DNA of 64,000 nt from Hyaloraphidium curvatum SAG 235-1 (GCA_025558095.1 JAIVFI010000018.1:1-64000); one strand, 5' to 3'; shown: positions 10,655 through 23,695, counted from the first letter of the stretch. Numbers and translations: made by a program. The notes: generated by a model from the sequence alone, not told the origin.

Positions 10655-11799
10655 ATGAGCTCCGACCCCTCCCCCCCGCTTCTCCGCGTCGGCTGGCTGG
10701 GCCTCGGCGCGATGGGCCACCCCCAGGCCAAGAACATCCTCGCCCGATACCCCCCGCTCGCGCTGCTGACCTGCTACGACGTCGACGCGGGCAAGGCCGC
10801 GGCGTTCCGCGATGCGTGCGCCGCGGTTCAGCGTGCTGCGGAGGCGGAGGTCCGCATGGCGTCGTCGCCGGGGGAGGTGGTGGACGCGTCTGACGTCGTG
10901 TTCACGATGCTCCCGTCGCCGGCCGTCAGCAGGGAGGTCTACGCGTCCGTGCTGGGGAACGCGAGGCCGGGGCAGGTGTTTGTCGAGTGCTCGACGGTGG
11001 GGCCCAAGGTCGTCGCAGAGATCGCGGCGATGCTGGAGGGCAAGGGGGCGGCGCTGGTGGATTCGCCCGTCAGCGGGGGTGATTGCATGCCTTTGCCGGA
11101 AGTCGTGCCGCGCGCGCTCATGGGTTTGTGGTTGGCAGGCGTGCAGGGCGCCGAGCAGGCGACGCTGACCTTCATCGTGGGCACCGCGGACTCGCCGTCG
11201 CTGGAGGAACGGTCGCGGCTGGCGCTGGACCAAATGGTGACCTTCAGCACCCCCGAGCTGGACAGGATCAGGCCGCTTCTGCAGACCATGGGGAAGAACA
11301 TCTTCCACTGCGGGCCGATCGGTGCCGGCCAGGTGAGCCGCCTCCCCCCCCTGCGCGGCCGAAGGTGCCCGACCCGACCCCGACCCAGGTCGCCAAGCTC
11401 GCCAACAACAACCTCATCTACACGCACGTCCTCGCCCTCTCCTACTCCCTCATCAGTGGCTCCCGGCACGGCGTCCCCCCGCCGCTCCTCTCGGCCATAA
11501 TCAACACCAGCACCGGTCGCTCCTTCATGTCCACGCACTGGAACCCCGACCCGGGGTCGACGCCGGAGGTGAACTCGCCGGCCAAGAACGGGTACGTGAT
11601 ACCCCCCGGGTTCCCCGTAGTGGGGGCGGTCAAGGACGTGAGCCTTGGCCTGGAGATGGGGGAGCTGGTGGGGGTGGACAACCAGCTGGTGAAGGAGACG
11701 TTGAGGGTGTTCAAGGAGGCGAGCAAGGATGCGGAGTACGCGGGGTTGGACTTTTCGGTGGTGTACAAGTGGCTGCTGGAGAACCTGAACAAGCTGTGA
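10655..11799 (+). CDS. 3-hydroxyisobutyrate dehydrogenase / beta-hydroxyacid dehydrogenase family
   Basis: GWLGLGAMG Rossmann motif, DSPVSGG, GAGQ-VAKLANN, WNPDPG; introns about 11079-11138 and 11333-11388. Confidence 0.9.
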
Positions 11800-11906
11800 G
11801 GGGCGTCGCCGACGAACTTGACCCCAACGAGTTTCGGACCGGTCCGGCACATTTGCTACCGCAGGCCGCGCGCTCCGACGCCTTCCGGGGTGCCGACCAC
11901 GGGCCC

Positions 11907-12387
11907 TCAGAACGCCAGCCTGGTCTTGTACCCCATCTCCTTGAGCGCCTCTCCCAGCTCGTTCGCCGCCCCCACCGCCGCGCGCTTTCTCTCGGGATCG
12001 GCCCCGATCTCGGCGTCCGTCCTGGCGAGCACCTTGGCCCACACGGACTTCATCTTCCTGGCGACCAGTGTCGCAGAACCAGAAGTCGAGCTGCATCCCC
12101 ACGAGCGCCGTCCCCAGCACCGAGACGAACGCGTCGTGCCACTCGCCCTTCTTGATGCTGGTTTCGGCGCGCTTCAGCTCGTCCAGCAGCGTGTCCATGG
12201 CGGCGTAGGACGACGACGTGGTGGTCGTCATGAACCCGGAATCGTCGCCGTCCTCGTCGTCCGAGCCGTCCCCCGTGCCGGCGCGGATCCTCGCGGCGAG
12301 GGCGTCGAACTTGGCCGCGTCCCCGGGGCGCAGGAAGGCGACCCGGATCGCGTCGTCCTTCTGGCGCGGGGCATTTTTCGACACCAT
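11907..12387 (-). pseudogene. Small acidic hypothetical protein with an apparent frameshift near 12066
   Basis: Frame A reads MVSKNAP...LDFWFCDT. Coding-like sequence then continues in another frame (VARKMKSVWAKVLARTDAEIGADPE...KTRLAF*, TGA 11907). No plausible intron lies between them. Confidence 0.5.
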
Positions 12388-12520
12388 TTTGCAAGGGCGG
12401 AGGGGATTTGGAGGCTTTCTTATTGCGAGTGTCGATGGATGGAGAGGAGGGGCGGGACGGCGGTCGCGTTTCTTCGCCTCCACTGACCTGCACACTCCAG
12501 CGCGTGCAGCGGGGCACAAA

Positions 12521-13833
12521 ATGGACAACCCGCCGCTCGGCACATTCAACCCGGCGATGGACGTGTCGGCAGCGGGGGCGCAGGCGGGGGCCGGGCACGG
12601 CGGACCGCTGCCGCCCATCCCGATGCCGCCGCTGCAGGTCGCGCCGGTGCAGCTGCCGCCGATGTTCGGCGCGGCCCCCGCGGCCCACGACTACGCGCTG
12701 CCGGGCGTGGCGCAGCAGCTGGGATACGTGATGGACCCGCCGCGCGCCGGCACGCCCGAGAACAGGCTGGGCCGCCCGCAGCGCGCCGCCGCGCAGGCCG
12801 CCGCCGCGCAGCTCCCCGCGCTGCTGATGGACGAGGACGCGCCGGCAAACAAGCAAACACACCGCGCGCCCGCCCAGGCCGCGCAGGACGCCTACGTGCC
12901 GCCGGGCACGGTGTCGGCCTCGCCCGCGCCCGCCGGCGTGCCCGCCGTGCAGCTCACGTCGACACACAACGCGCAGGTCGGCATCGCAGTCGACGAGGCC
13001 ACGTGGCTCGCCGCCGTCGACGCGCATCTGGCCTCGCTGGCCGACCCCGCGACCCCGAGGCCCCGCCCGATCCCGCAGCTCACCCTCGACACGTACCCGC
13101 CCCGCGCCGGGCGCAGGCCGCCGCCGGGGGAGCAGGACGGCATGCACACGGACAGCTACCAGCTCGAAAGCCACGTCGAGGGCGAGATGCCGATCCTGCG
13201 GCGGCGGGACACGGACTACGTCAACGGCACCAAGCTGCTGCGCCTGATCCCGGTGGGTCCTCCCGCGCCGCCCGTACCGCTCCCTGCTGACGCGGCGTGC
13301 CAGCACTCGATGACCAAGGGCGTCCGCGACAACATCCTCCGCGGCACCGCCAACCGCGACGCCTTCGTCCCCCCCGGCCTGCTCCGCGCCGGCATGTCCG
13401 TCGCCGAGGCGACCAAGAACCTCCCGCGCAAGTACCAGGGCGTGTGGTGGGTCCCCATCGGGTTGCACGCGGTCGTTGCGGGCTAACCTGCTCCTTCCGG
13501 GTGGGAAGGATCCCGCTGGCCAACGCCCGCGCCCTCGCCATCCGGTTCGACCTCCTCCCCTACGCCCGCACGCTGCTCGCCCCCGACCCCACCGAATTCC
13601 TCGTCCCCCCCTCCCCCCAGCCCTCCCCCGGCCCCGAAGCCAGCGACACGGAATCGGAGGGCTCCCTCGGGCTGGGCCTGGACGCGGACGCGCCAGACCC
13701 GGACGACGTGCTCAGGGGGTGGCGGTACGAGCGGCCGGCGCGGGACAGCCTGGCGGAGAAGCCGTACGGGTGGGTGCGGATGTCGAGGGAGATGGCGGCG
13801 GGCAACAGGGGGAGGGTGGGGAGGATCACTTGA
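12521..13833 (+). CDS. APSES/KilA-N domain transcription factor
   Basis: ILRRRDTDYVNGTKLLR...RDNILR...KYQGVW|IPLANARALA; introns about 13253-13303 and 13448-13509; Pro/Ala-rich N-terminus. Confidence 0.85.
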
Positions 13834-14232
13834 GGCGGAGTCGACCAAGGCCGGATGGACGATCGTGGGCCTCTGCAACATTGTCGAGCTGGTTCATTCC
13901 CTGTACTTGTTCGTGCTCCGCGTCTCCTTCGGCGAGGCGGGATCCGAAGCACCTGCACCGCCCGCCCCGTCGCCTTCCATCCCGGTGTCCGCGTGGCTGC
14001 ACCCCTTGCTCCCCGCCTCCAGGGAAAGCGGCTGACTCTGCATCGGTCGAGCTCCAGAGACGGCCATCGATAGCCCGAGCCAGCACATCCGCACCACGAC
14101 CGACGGCTTGAGGGTCTCATGGACAAGTTCGAGGGTATGCTGGTCTACTAGATGTACCTGTGCGGGAGGGTCCCACCTTCCCCGCACCGATCCTCCGCCG
14201 CCTCGGCCCTCCTTGGCCGCCGGCACCGCCGC

Positions 14233-16121
14233 TCACGGGGCCGCGAGGTTGGTCAGCGGCACGTACCCCCTCCTCCCCGTCTTCACGTTCGTCGCGAACC
14301 CCCACGCGTCGTCGAACCTGTCCGGGACCGCGTCAGCCTCCCCGCACCCCGGGCCGCCGGGGCACACCCACGCCTGCTCGACCCGCAACACGTCCCCGAC
14401 CCGGATCGGCATCTCGTCCTGCATCCTCGGCGCGTACGGCTGGATCACGCGGAGCGCCCGGCCGCCCAGGCCCGCGAGGTCGACCTGCGCGGCGGTGGGG
14501 ATGACCAGGGGGGGCAGCGAGCCCCGCGCGGCGTTGAGCGGGGCAACGCCGAGCGGCGCGGTGGGGATGCCAGGAACGGGCTCGGTGTAGGAAGGCGAGA
14601 AGGGCCGGGGTTGTGTGCCGTGGGCGGGGAAGGCGGTGGCCGCGGAGGGCGGAGGCACCGTCCCCTCGGCCGGGAGCTCCAGGATCGGCGGGGGGGCGTT
14701 GCTCCCCTCGAGCGGGGCGAGCTCGACCGGCTTGGTGTAGAGCGGCGCCGCAACGTTGGCCGGCGCCGCCACCGGCACCCCGGCCGTGGACACCCTCGCG
14801 GCGCGCACCCTGTTTGCCTTGCTCCGGCGCCTGGCACAGATAGCGATGCCGACCAGCGCGATCGCCGCCAGCAGCCCGCCGACGACGCATCCGATGATCA
14901 GCCCGAGGTTGGGCGGGGCCGCCGCGGGGGCCGCTGGAGGCGCCGTCGCCGATCCGCCTGCGGACCAGGAGGTGGCGCCGTCCGCCTCGCACTGCCCGAC
15001 GTACAGGTCGTGCCGGAGGCAGTTGCCCCCGTCCGGCGACGAGACGGCCGACTGGAGATGCGAAAGACCGCCACTGCCGGGGATCGAGCGGAGGGACCAG
15101 AAGGCGGGGAGGATGCCCTGCCGGCGGATGAGGCTCACCGGGGCGGCGGCTTTCTCGGCAGGGCGAACGAAGGACATGCTGAAACGCGCGGCGAGGCGGG
15201 CGAGGAGTGATCGACGGCGCTGCGGCACCAGGAAGTCGCCCGTCTGGCAGTCGGCAAGCAGCACTGCGAGGGAACAGGCCACGGCGGGGCGGGGAACTCA
15301 GAAAGCGGCCATCGAGCAGCACGGCGGGGCGGCTCACAGGTGCCCAGGTTTGCGAGACACGCGGACGAGTTGCCCGGCAGGACCAGCTTGTACTCCGAAC
15401 AGTTGGGCGCCCCGTGGCAGTCCACGATCCAGTCGGAACCCCTCGTGTCGGGTTCCAGGAAGCACAACCCCGAGTCGGCGTTGCACTGCACGCCGCAGGT
15501 GCTGCGGCACGGGGCCAGGGGTGACTCGCTGTCTGTGAAGACGTTCAGGAAGTTGCCGTTGCCCGCGAAGAGCACGATGGGGGTGCCTGTCGGCCCCGGA
15601 AGGAGGGAGCCGGAGCTGGTGCTCGTAGTGGTATCGGAGTAGTCAGTGGCGGTGGAAGCTTCGGTGGTTGGCAACGTGGCCTCGACGGTGGTGGAGGAGG
15701 CTTCCGCAGCGGTCGGCGTGGGGCGGGAGGTGCGCCTGGAGCGGGTTCGGGTGGTCGTCGGGGAGTCCGTGTGCGCCGTCCCCGTGTCGGAAGACGAGCC
15801 GGTCGCCGCCGGCGCCTCGCCGGAGATCGCCGGGGTTTCGGTGGTCAGGAGCGATGCCGGCTTTGCCACGCACCGCCCGCGCGAGCACCGCTGCGCGAGC
15901 AGGCAGCCGACGGCGCACGCGCCGCAGTTTGCCGAGTCGCCGTCCGTGTCGACGCACTCGCCGGCGCACCGCGTGAGGCCGAGAGCGCAGCGCTGCGCGG
16001 CGGCGCGATCCGTGTGAGCGAGGAGCGCCAACGCCGCCGCCGCAAGGACGCGGCCGCGGGGTGCCGTCCCTCCCGCGGCCCGCGTGGGGCGCCGCTGCGA
16101 TGCGGTCCTCGCCATTCCCAT
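14233..16121 (-). CDS. Type I membrane protein: signal peptide, Stig1-like Cys-rich domain, Ser/Thr stalk, second Cys-rich region, TM helix, C-terminal SH3
   Basis: CVDTDGDSANCGACAVGC; TM LIIGCVVGGLLAAIALVGIAIC followed by ARRR; SH3 YAPRMQDEMPIRVGD...DDAWG...GYVP; introns near 15.3 kb and 14.35 kb. Confidence 0.8.
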
Positions 16122-16551
16122 TTTGCGCGCGCGCTACTTCGCTCAATACCGGCGAGGCCGGCGCGGTGCCGCTGTCCCAAAGCAGTCAGGAGAAGCCACC
16201 GTAGCCGTAAAACACAACACAAAGCCCACCCTGTGCGTCTAGCTAGCCGCTGATTATGCCCGACGACGATGACACTTCACTCCGGCGGTCACGCCGCGAG
16301 GTAAAGGACAGGGAGCCTGATGCCCAGGAGGGACCCCAAGGGCGGGCGCGTGGATCGCGTTCTCGTCAGGTTCGGTCGGGGAAGATCTCTCCATTCTCCC
16401 CATGGAGCTCCCCGAGGACTCCGACGGTGAGCCCGAGGACTATGTCCCCGTTCTGAGCACCGGCGCGTGACACGGCGCTCAGCATCCGGGCCGTTTGCGG
16501 TCTCGTGGCGATCGAGCCGTGTGTGGTACGTCTGCAGCTTGTTCGGGTTCG

Positions 16552-18830
16552 CTACCCCACCTCCCAATCTTCCCCCCTGCCGCTCCCCTCGGGCGACCTG
16601 CTCGCGCTCTTGCGCCTCTCGTGCCTCTCCCAGTGGTCCAGCGCCTGCGTCCCCAGGATGCCCACGGCCCTCCGGAGCTCGTTCCGCTCCCTCTTCTTCC
16701 TGCTCTCGTCCACCAGCCCGCTCAGGCTGCGCGTGAGCGGGTTGTGCACGAAGATGTCCCGCAGCGCCGCCGACAAGGCCGAGGCGGACGGGGTGGGCTG
16801 CTCGAGGAAGGGGTGCAGCAGCGCGGCCGAGGAGGCGATGCGGGTGGCGGGGTCGCGGGTGAGCATGAGCTGGAGGAGGTCGACGGCGTCGGGGTCCGCG
16901 CGGGGGCCTTCGGGGACTGCATGGGTGCGGGGTGCGTCAGCACGATCGGCTTCCGGCGGGGAAGGAGCATAGGATGCCCACCGACGAGGTCCCCGTTCAG
17001 GATGTGGTCTTCCAGCGCCTCTTCCGTCGGCCCGTTGAAGGGAAACTGCTCAAACACCAGCGCAAACACTGCGCGTCAAAGTCAGCACGTCGACACCCTC
17101 CCCGTTGCGCATCGGACCCACGGATCACCCCCACGGCCCATACGTCCGCCTCCCTCCCGTCGAACCCAGAATACATCGCCGGCGCCACGACCTCGGGCGC
17201 CATGTACCTTGGCGTGCCGTACCGGAACTCGGGCTCCGCGCCCTCGGCCTTGGGCTCGGGGACGACGGTCGCGAAGCCGAAGTCGGTGAGCTTGACGCGG
17301 AGGGTGTCGCCGGGGAGGGCGATCGATGGCGCGGGGGAGGAAGCGCGCGGGGAGGAGGGGCGGGGGGATGAGGAGGGGAAGAGGAAGTCGGAGGGGGTTG
17401 TGGCGGCGCGGGCTGCCGAGAGCGGGGAGGACGCGTCGGGGTCGTCGTCGCCGGCCGAGTCGCGGCGCGAGGGTTCGGAAAAGGTGATTTCGGGGAAGGT
17501 CTGCACCTTGGGTGCGATACGCGGGGAGCGCGACCGCGAGCCGCGCATATTCGACCCCTTTGGAGGGGTCGCCGGCGAGACGGTGAGGCCCGGCGACGCC
17601 GAGCGCGCCCTGTCCGTCCCCTGGCCGTCGACGGCCGAGAGCGAGGAGCTCCGCGGGGGAATGGCGACGGGCGGGAGCTCCAGCACCGTTCCGTCCACCT
17701 CGACCCTGGTGGCGGGCAGGATCCGTGGGCTCCCCGACGGCGACCTGTCGCGGCCCCGGCGGCCGCGGTCCTCCTCCTCGTCCTCCTCTTCCGGGCCCGC
17801 CACGAGCACGTTCTGGAGCTTCATGTCCCGGTGGGCGACGTGCCGGTCGTGCAGGTAGGCGAGGGCCTCCAGGATCTGCCGCACCACATGGCGGACGTGG
17901 TCGATGGGGAGGGGGGTGCCAAGGTGCCGGAGGTGCGAGAGTAGGTCCCCGCCCGAACAGCTGTCCCGGGGCACACCGAATGTCAAGGAACAACACAAAT
18001 CAATTCCAAGGGCTCCACCCACTATTCCGCAATGAAGTAGACCTCGCCGTAGCTCTCGAGGACGTCGTAAAGCTGCGCGATGTTGGGGTGGCGCAGCTCG
18101 CTCTGCAGGAACGTCTCGTTCAAGAGGCTGGCGAGAAAGGCGTGGTCCGTGACGTGGGCCTTGGGGATCGTCTTCATGGCGTACAGCGTCCCCGGGGCCA
18201 CGTACTGAAAGAATCACGGGTAAGGAAGCGAGCCGTTTGGGCCAAAGAAGTCGGGCTACCCACTTCGGCAGGCTCCGGGAAGCGCTTTCTCCTATAGTAT
18301 CCGCGCCTGACTCGGACCAGATCCACATCGCCGCTCATGCCGCTGGATTCGACAACACGAGGGCAAACCGCCCGCGGTTCACCTTGTCAGCCCGGCAGCC
18401 GGCACCGGGACGGCCCGACGCACCTGCCCAGCCTCCTCACGACCTCGAACATATCGTCCAGGTCCACGATGTCCGCCTTTTTCCGCGCGGCCTCGTGGAG
18501 TTCGGCGTCCGTGATCTCCCTGTTGCTGAAGTCGAGCCGCACGGCGAGCCGGTGGCGCCGCTCCCGGAGCTCCGCCATGGACGCGTGGGTGAGTGAGCGG
18601 CGGGATCGCTCGACGGCGGGGGAGAGCGATTTGCGCCGGCCGGTGCCGCCCCAGACGGAGGACGGCCGGCGCCGGCCGAGCGAGTCGGGTTCGGACGCGT
18701 CCGCATCGCCGTCGTCCGAGGCCAGGAACTCGTCCAGGAGGTTCGTGTGGAACTGAATGTGAGCAAGGCGCGGATCCTCGTCGGGAGGACGCGTCGGCGG
18801 CGACGGTGTTGGAGACCCGGTCGCCGCCAT
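16552..18830 (-). CDS. Ser/Thr protein kinase (CAMK-like), multi-exon
   Basis: YAMK, HPNIAQL, HRDMKLQN, DFG, YGTPRYMAPE and DVWAVGV are spread across several exons. The 3' end is uncertain and may extend to about 16.3 kb. Confidence 0.85.
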
Positions 18831-19253
18831 TGTGTTGGGAGCGGCGGTGACGCGATGCCGCGTCGAGTACGTCCGCGACCAACGATCGACCTTCGAAGGC
18901 GGGTCTCACTGACAAAAGCCAGCAGCTTCATGAAACAGAATGCTCTTCCAGAGGACGATTGGCCGATCTGAGGGCGGGATCCGGATTGCGGTGCGTGTCA
19001 CGTATCGGCAGTGGCCTTGAACGAGTTTTCACTCGCCGGCAATGCCAAGAACAGCGCCTTCCTCATGCGTCCATCAAACGCCGTTTAGGATGATCTTCTC
19101 GATATCGCTTCCGACGGATGCTCGGCAAAGCATGGCGATTGTTGGTGGTGGGATCGGCGATCCGCACCGGGCGGCGGGCGCGGGGACGGCAACACAGCGT
19201 CCCAAAGCTGACTCCTCGCTTCTTGACACTCCGTTCCTGCAACCGCGACGGAA

Positions 19254-20755
19254 ATGAGGGAAGGCCTCATCTTCGTCGCCCTTCTCGCCCTCCTGCTGGC
19301 GACGGACCGCGCCGCGGAGGCGCAAAAGTGCCCCGCCGTGACTTCATGGCGGACGCGGACCGTCTTCCGGACACGCACCGTCCTCCGCGGGTGCGCAACA
19401 TCCCCGCGGCGTCCGACAACTGCGAAGCGGCGCACCACGAGCGCATTGCGGCGCACGTCGGCGAGGTCCTCGGCACCGCCGCCCACGACGGCAAAGCTCC
19501 CCGCAACCACGAGGCCGCCGGTGCCCCCGCCGCCCGCGGGCATCGTCTCCCTCCAGAACATCAGGTACAAGGGCACCGCCCTGCTTCCGACCTTCGCCGC
19601 GGGGGCCTCGACGGGCTACGCCCCCGGGATGCTGGCCGTCCGCCTCCATCCGTCCTCTGGATCGCTCTTCTTCTACTCCGACACACACATCTACAGCAAC
19701 GGGGCCGTCTACGAGTTTACCGTGCCCTCCTTCTCAGCCACCGCGCCGTACCCGGCGGCCAACGTGACCAACGAGTTCGGCATCGCCGCGCTGTACGGGG
19801 CCCGCAGGCTCGACGAGGCGCTGCGGCCCTTCGGCGCCGGGGGGTGCAACGTCAACGGGTTGCACTATGACGACGTGCTCGGCGGGCTCTTCTGGGTTTA
19901 CTCGGAGCCGTACTCGACGGGGAACAAGGGGGCTCCCACGCTGGGCTTCACGCCCCTGTCGGTGTCCCCGAGCGGCCCGGCTTCGGGCCTCGGAACCCCG
20001 CAGGGACCGTGGAAGGTGCATCCTAACATCCATTGGGTCCGCGGTGGCATCGCATCCGTGCCGCACGGCTACGCCGCGCGCATGGATCCCGCCCTGCGGC
20101 TCGCGGTCGGTTTCGGAGGCACCTACTCGATCGTCGCCGGCGCGTCGTGGGGTCCCGCCATGACCCTCGTGAACCCCGCGAACCCGGGCTCGTCGCCGCG
20201 CACGGTGCTCGGGTTCGACGAGGCCGCGGGGTCGCGGTGCCCCCGGCCCGGGGACTACTGGATCGCCGATCCAGGGTGGCTCGGGACCGACCCAGTCAAC
20301 GGCACGGGGACCTGGACGGGCTCCGACGTGATTGGGTGGGAGACGGGGGCGGGATCGGCGGTGTGGACAGACGCGGGGGCGCTGCGGGGAGTGCTCTTCT
20401 GGACGTCGCAAGGCACGGGACGCATCGCGTACGAGGTTCGTAGCTGCCTTTGCGTCGCACGGGCTCTGTTTAACGGCCAGCGCCGCAGAACGGCGGCATC
20501 CAGCAGGCCGGCCGCACCAACAGGCTGTACATCTTCGACCCCGAGGACCTCGTCGCCGCGCACGGCGGTGCGTCGATCCGGGTCCGGCCGCGGTGGTACG
20601 GCGACTTCCCCATGCCGCCCGGGTTCGCCGAGGGGCAGTTTGCCGGCATCGCGCGCGACCCGAGCGACCCGGCGGCGTTCTACGCCGTGCAGACGGGCGC
20701 CGCCCGGGAGGGGTTGGAGTGGCACCCCGTGCTGCACCGCTTCCGCATCGAATGA
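19254..20755 (+). CDS. Secreted protein: Arg/Thr-rich linker plus Gly/aromatic-rich beta-type domain of unknown family
   Basis: Signal peptide MREGLIFVALLALLLATDRAAEA; intron about 20436-20488; TGA 20753-20755. Confidence 0.75.
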
Positions 20756-20781
20756 GATCAATCGGGATTGGATTGCCTCTG

Positions 20782-21640
20782 TCAACACATGTGCCAGTCG
20801 TCGGGCTCGCTTTCTCCCTCGACGTCTCCGTCCTCCCATTCTCCCCTAACGTCGCTGTCCGTCGTGTCCCGCGATTCGAAGGCAGACAGCTCGGCCCCCA
20901 CGTCCGACGGCAGATCGTCGGTCGGGGGGAGCACCCAGCCCGGGTAATACCCGTCGTATCTCAGGCCGTGCCGGTCCATCGTCGCCACGCGGAACCTGCA
21001 TACGTGGCCGTTGGCGTACCACCCGGTCCCGTCGACGATCAGCTTCAGGATGTCCTCGAGCAGCTGGTCGCGCTCCGGGTCGGCCAGCGGCTCCTCGCTG
21101 ATGGCAGGTACGTTGTCGAGACTGCGGTTCAGGTACCCAAGCTTGACGACGATCTCGTCTTGTTCGCGAACCATCGATGTCCTCGCTTTCGGGGAACCAT
21201 CCTCCACGGGCGTCGACAAGTCCACGGAGCTCGGCGGCGGTGACGCGCAAACCGCGAAGAAACTCTGTCAGCGCGTCCAACGTATGCAGCAGATGTCTCG
21301 CAATGATGGGAACCAGAGTACCGTCCGCCGGAAGTCCCGTGCTCCGAACAAGACACCCGAGCGAAAAGTCGACCATGGCCTCCTCGTCTCGCGCGCGAAT
21401 GAGGTCAACTTCGCGGCAGAACGGCCCCGGCAGCTTAAGGGCCGCGAGCAGGTGCTTTGTGGAAGCGAGAAACGCGGCGGACGCGACAGGCCGCACGCGC
21501 TTGCAGGCCCGTCGCAGCTCGTAGAGGGCCGAGAGCGGGACGTAACGGCACATCTCCGCGAGCAGCTCGTCCGGCATGCCCTCAAGAGACGGCACGGGCT
21601 TGCCAACATGATCTTCGGCAGCCGGAATCGGGCCTTCCAT
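20782..21640 (-). CDS. F-box-like domain protein
   Basis: SLEGMPDELLAEMCRYVPLSALYELRRACKRVR; a probable intron ending CTGACAG near 21266 joins ORF 20782..21225. Confidence 0.6.
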
Positions 21641-22139
21641 GGCGGGATTCGGCCTGGAGGGTGGTTCGATGTGGGAAGACCGGGACGGTCGTCGCACACG
21701 CGTGCAATCAGATCTGGAATCGGCTCATGGCCTAACAGCTGGAATCGCGAAGGAAACAGCAAGCGAGCAGTGCCACGGTGATCGAGGTCATTGCATTGCC
21801 TCCTTCACCCGAATCAAGGAACGGTCCTACACTGCAAGATGGAGAGCCTTACATACGTGTTCCTCGTCGTCAGCATCCTCTTCATTTCCACCGTCATCCA
21901 TTTACCTCGTTCCCCTCAATGTCCTCCGCACCTTCGTAACCGTGCTCGTCGTTCAGGTTGGCGCTGCCATCCGAGGCCGCCAAGTCCCTGGGGCCTACGG
22001 TAGACTCGCGGTGGATGTCCAGTACGTCCGATAGAATCCGCAAGGCTTCCAAGGATCCTCTTCTTAGTTCGAAATAGGTTACACCTGACAACCATGCTCG
22101 TGCACGCCGGGTCCACCCTCTGACCCGGATCAACAACCC

Positions 22140-23158
22140 CTACCGTCTTCCCGGCACGGTCGTCGTCCTCCTCCTCGACGTCGTCCTCCCCGCCCGTGGC
22201 AGCACCTGCGGCGCGTACACCCTCAGCACCGAGTCCACCCACGGCGCCACCGCCGATACCCGAGAATACGCCCCGTATATGAAGTCCGGCGACGCGCACG
22301 TGCCTTCCGCGCCCCAGCTCACGATGCCCACGAGCACCTGCGTCCCGTTGACCGTGGCGAACAGCGGCCCGCCCGAATCGCCGTTGCACGCGTCCACCCC
22401 TGGCGCACCGGCGCAGATCATCGTGCCGGGATAGTACTGCCCCCCCAGATAGTACCCGCACTCGTCGTTCGAGGCCACGGGGAACCCGGCGCGCTGCAGG
22501 ATCCGGGGGAACCCCGCGGCCTCGCCCAGCTTGCCCCACCCGAGCACCGTCGTCCTCGTTCCCGCCCGTGGGAACGCCGGGTTCCGGTTTATCGCGATCC
22601 AGCGCGGGGTGAATGCCGCGCGGCCGTACCGCGTCGGCGGGCCGAGGACGAGGACAGCCGCATCCCATTGGAGGGTGAAGGAGTCGAAGCGGGGGTGGAC
22701 CAAGGCGAGGCGAGGGCGGTAGTCGGTGCCGCCTTCGCGGGAGGAGGAGAGGGAGATGTTGCGCCGGTACGTCGAGGCTAGCCATTCGGAGGCTTGCGTG
22801 CCGCGGACGCAGTGCCCTGTCAAGACGCCGTCAGCAAACAGGGGCCGTTTCGCCGGCCGGGGTGGGGCCCACCTGCCGTCAGGACGACGTTGGGCGCGAT
22901 CATGGTGCCGCCGCACGACCAGCCCCGGTAGGAGTTGACGAGGCGGACCATCCAAGGGAAGACATATTGGGCAAGAACGGGGGAGCCTCCGACCACGTTG
23001 GGCACCAGCGCCCCGAGCGTCACGTTCCGGCCCATTAGTTGCCCGGAAGTAGAGCCGGGATCCGGGTCGGCAAAGGCGCCAGCGAGGGCAGAAAGCAGCG
23101 CGGCGGCGCAAAGAAGCCCGAAGCCCGGCCGCGGCCGTCGCGGTCCCGGGGGCCGCAT
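22140..23158 (-). CDS. Secreted trypsin-like serine protease (S1)
   Basis: VVGG activation site, CGGTMI, LTAG|HC across an intron near 22820-22872, WDAAVL, DACNGDSGGP, GIVSWG. Confidence 0.93.
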
Positions 23159-23695
23159 CGCCGCCGCGGAGCCGTCCTCGCGGCGGTTAGAGCGGTGGAG
23201 GAAGTGCGAGGAGGCAGATTCGGGCACGGATCCCGGTTCCCGGGGTGCGCTCTGAGGGAGTTTGGAATCCGCTGCGGCGGGGGTGCCGCTGACTCCACCC
23301 GCTGCCGCCGGAGGGCACCCCTCGGCGCTCGGAGCCACCTCGAATCACAATGGGCAAAAAAAGAGTATTGAGACCAACGAATCACCATCTGATCTGCTTC
23401 GCGAAGCTTATGCGGAGAGTTCCTCGTGAGCTGCTCCATTCGGGAAGGCCCCTCTTCGGTTAGCCGGTATTCGCCAACAAGACCCGAAACCGACAGAGAT
23501 TGATGTGACAAGAGGGACGCTGTCCCATGCCATGTCGTCTCCTCGGGCTGATTGTGGCAGCCCAGGCCACCTGGAAGACGATCCGCGACGAGGGTAAGTC
23601 AAGGTATCCCATCTACCGACCCCGAATCGCCAAGACGCCGTGCGGATCAACATTTCCTCGATGCTTCGGGGTGGATTATTAGAGGCCGACTGCGG

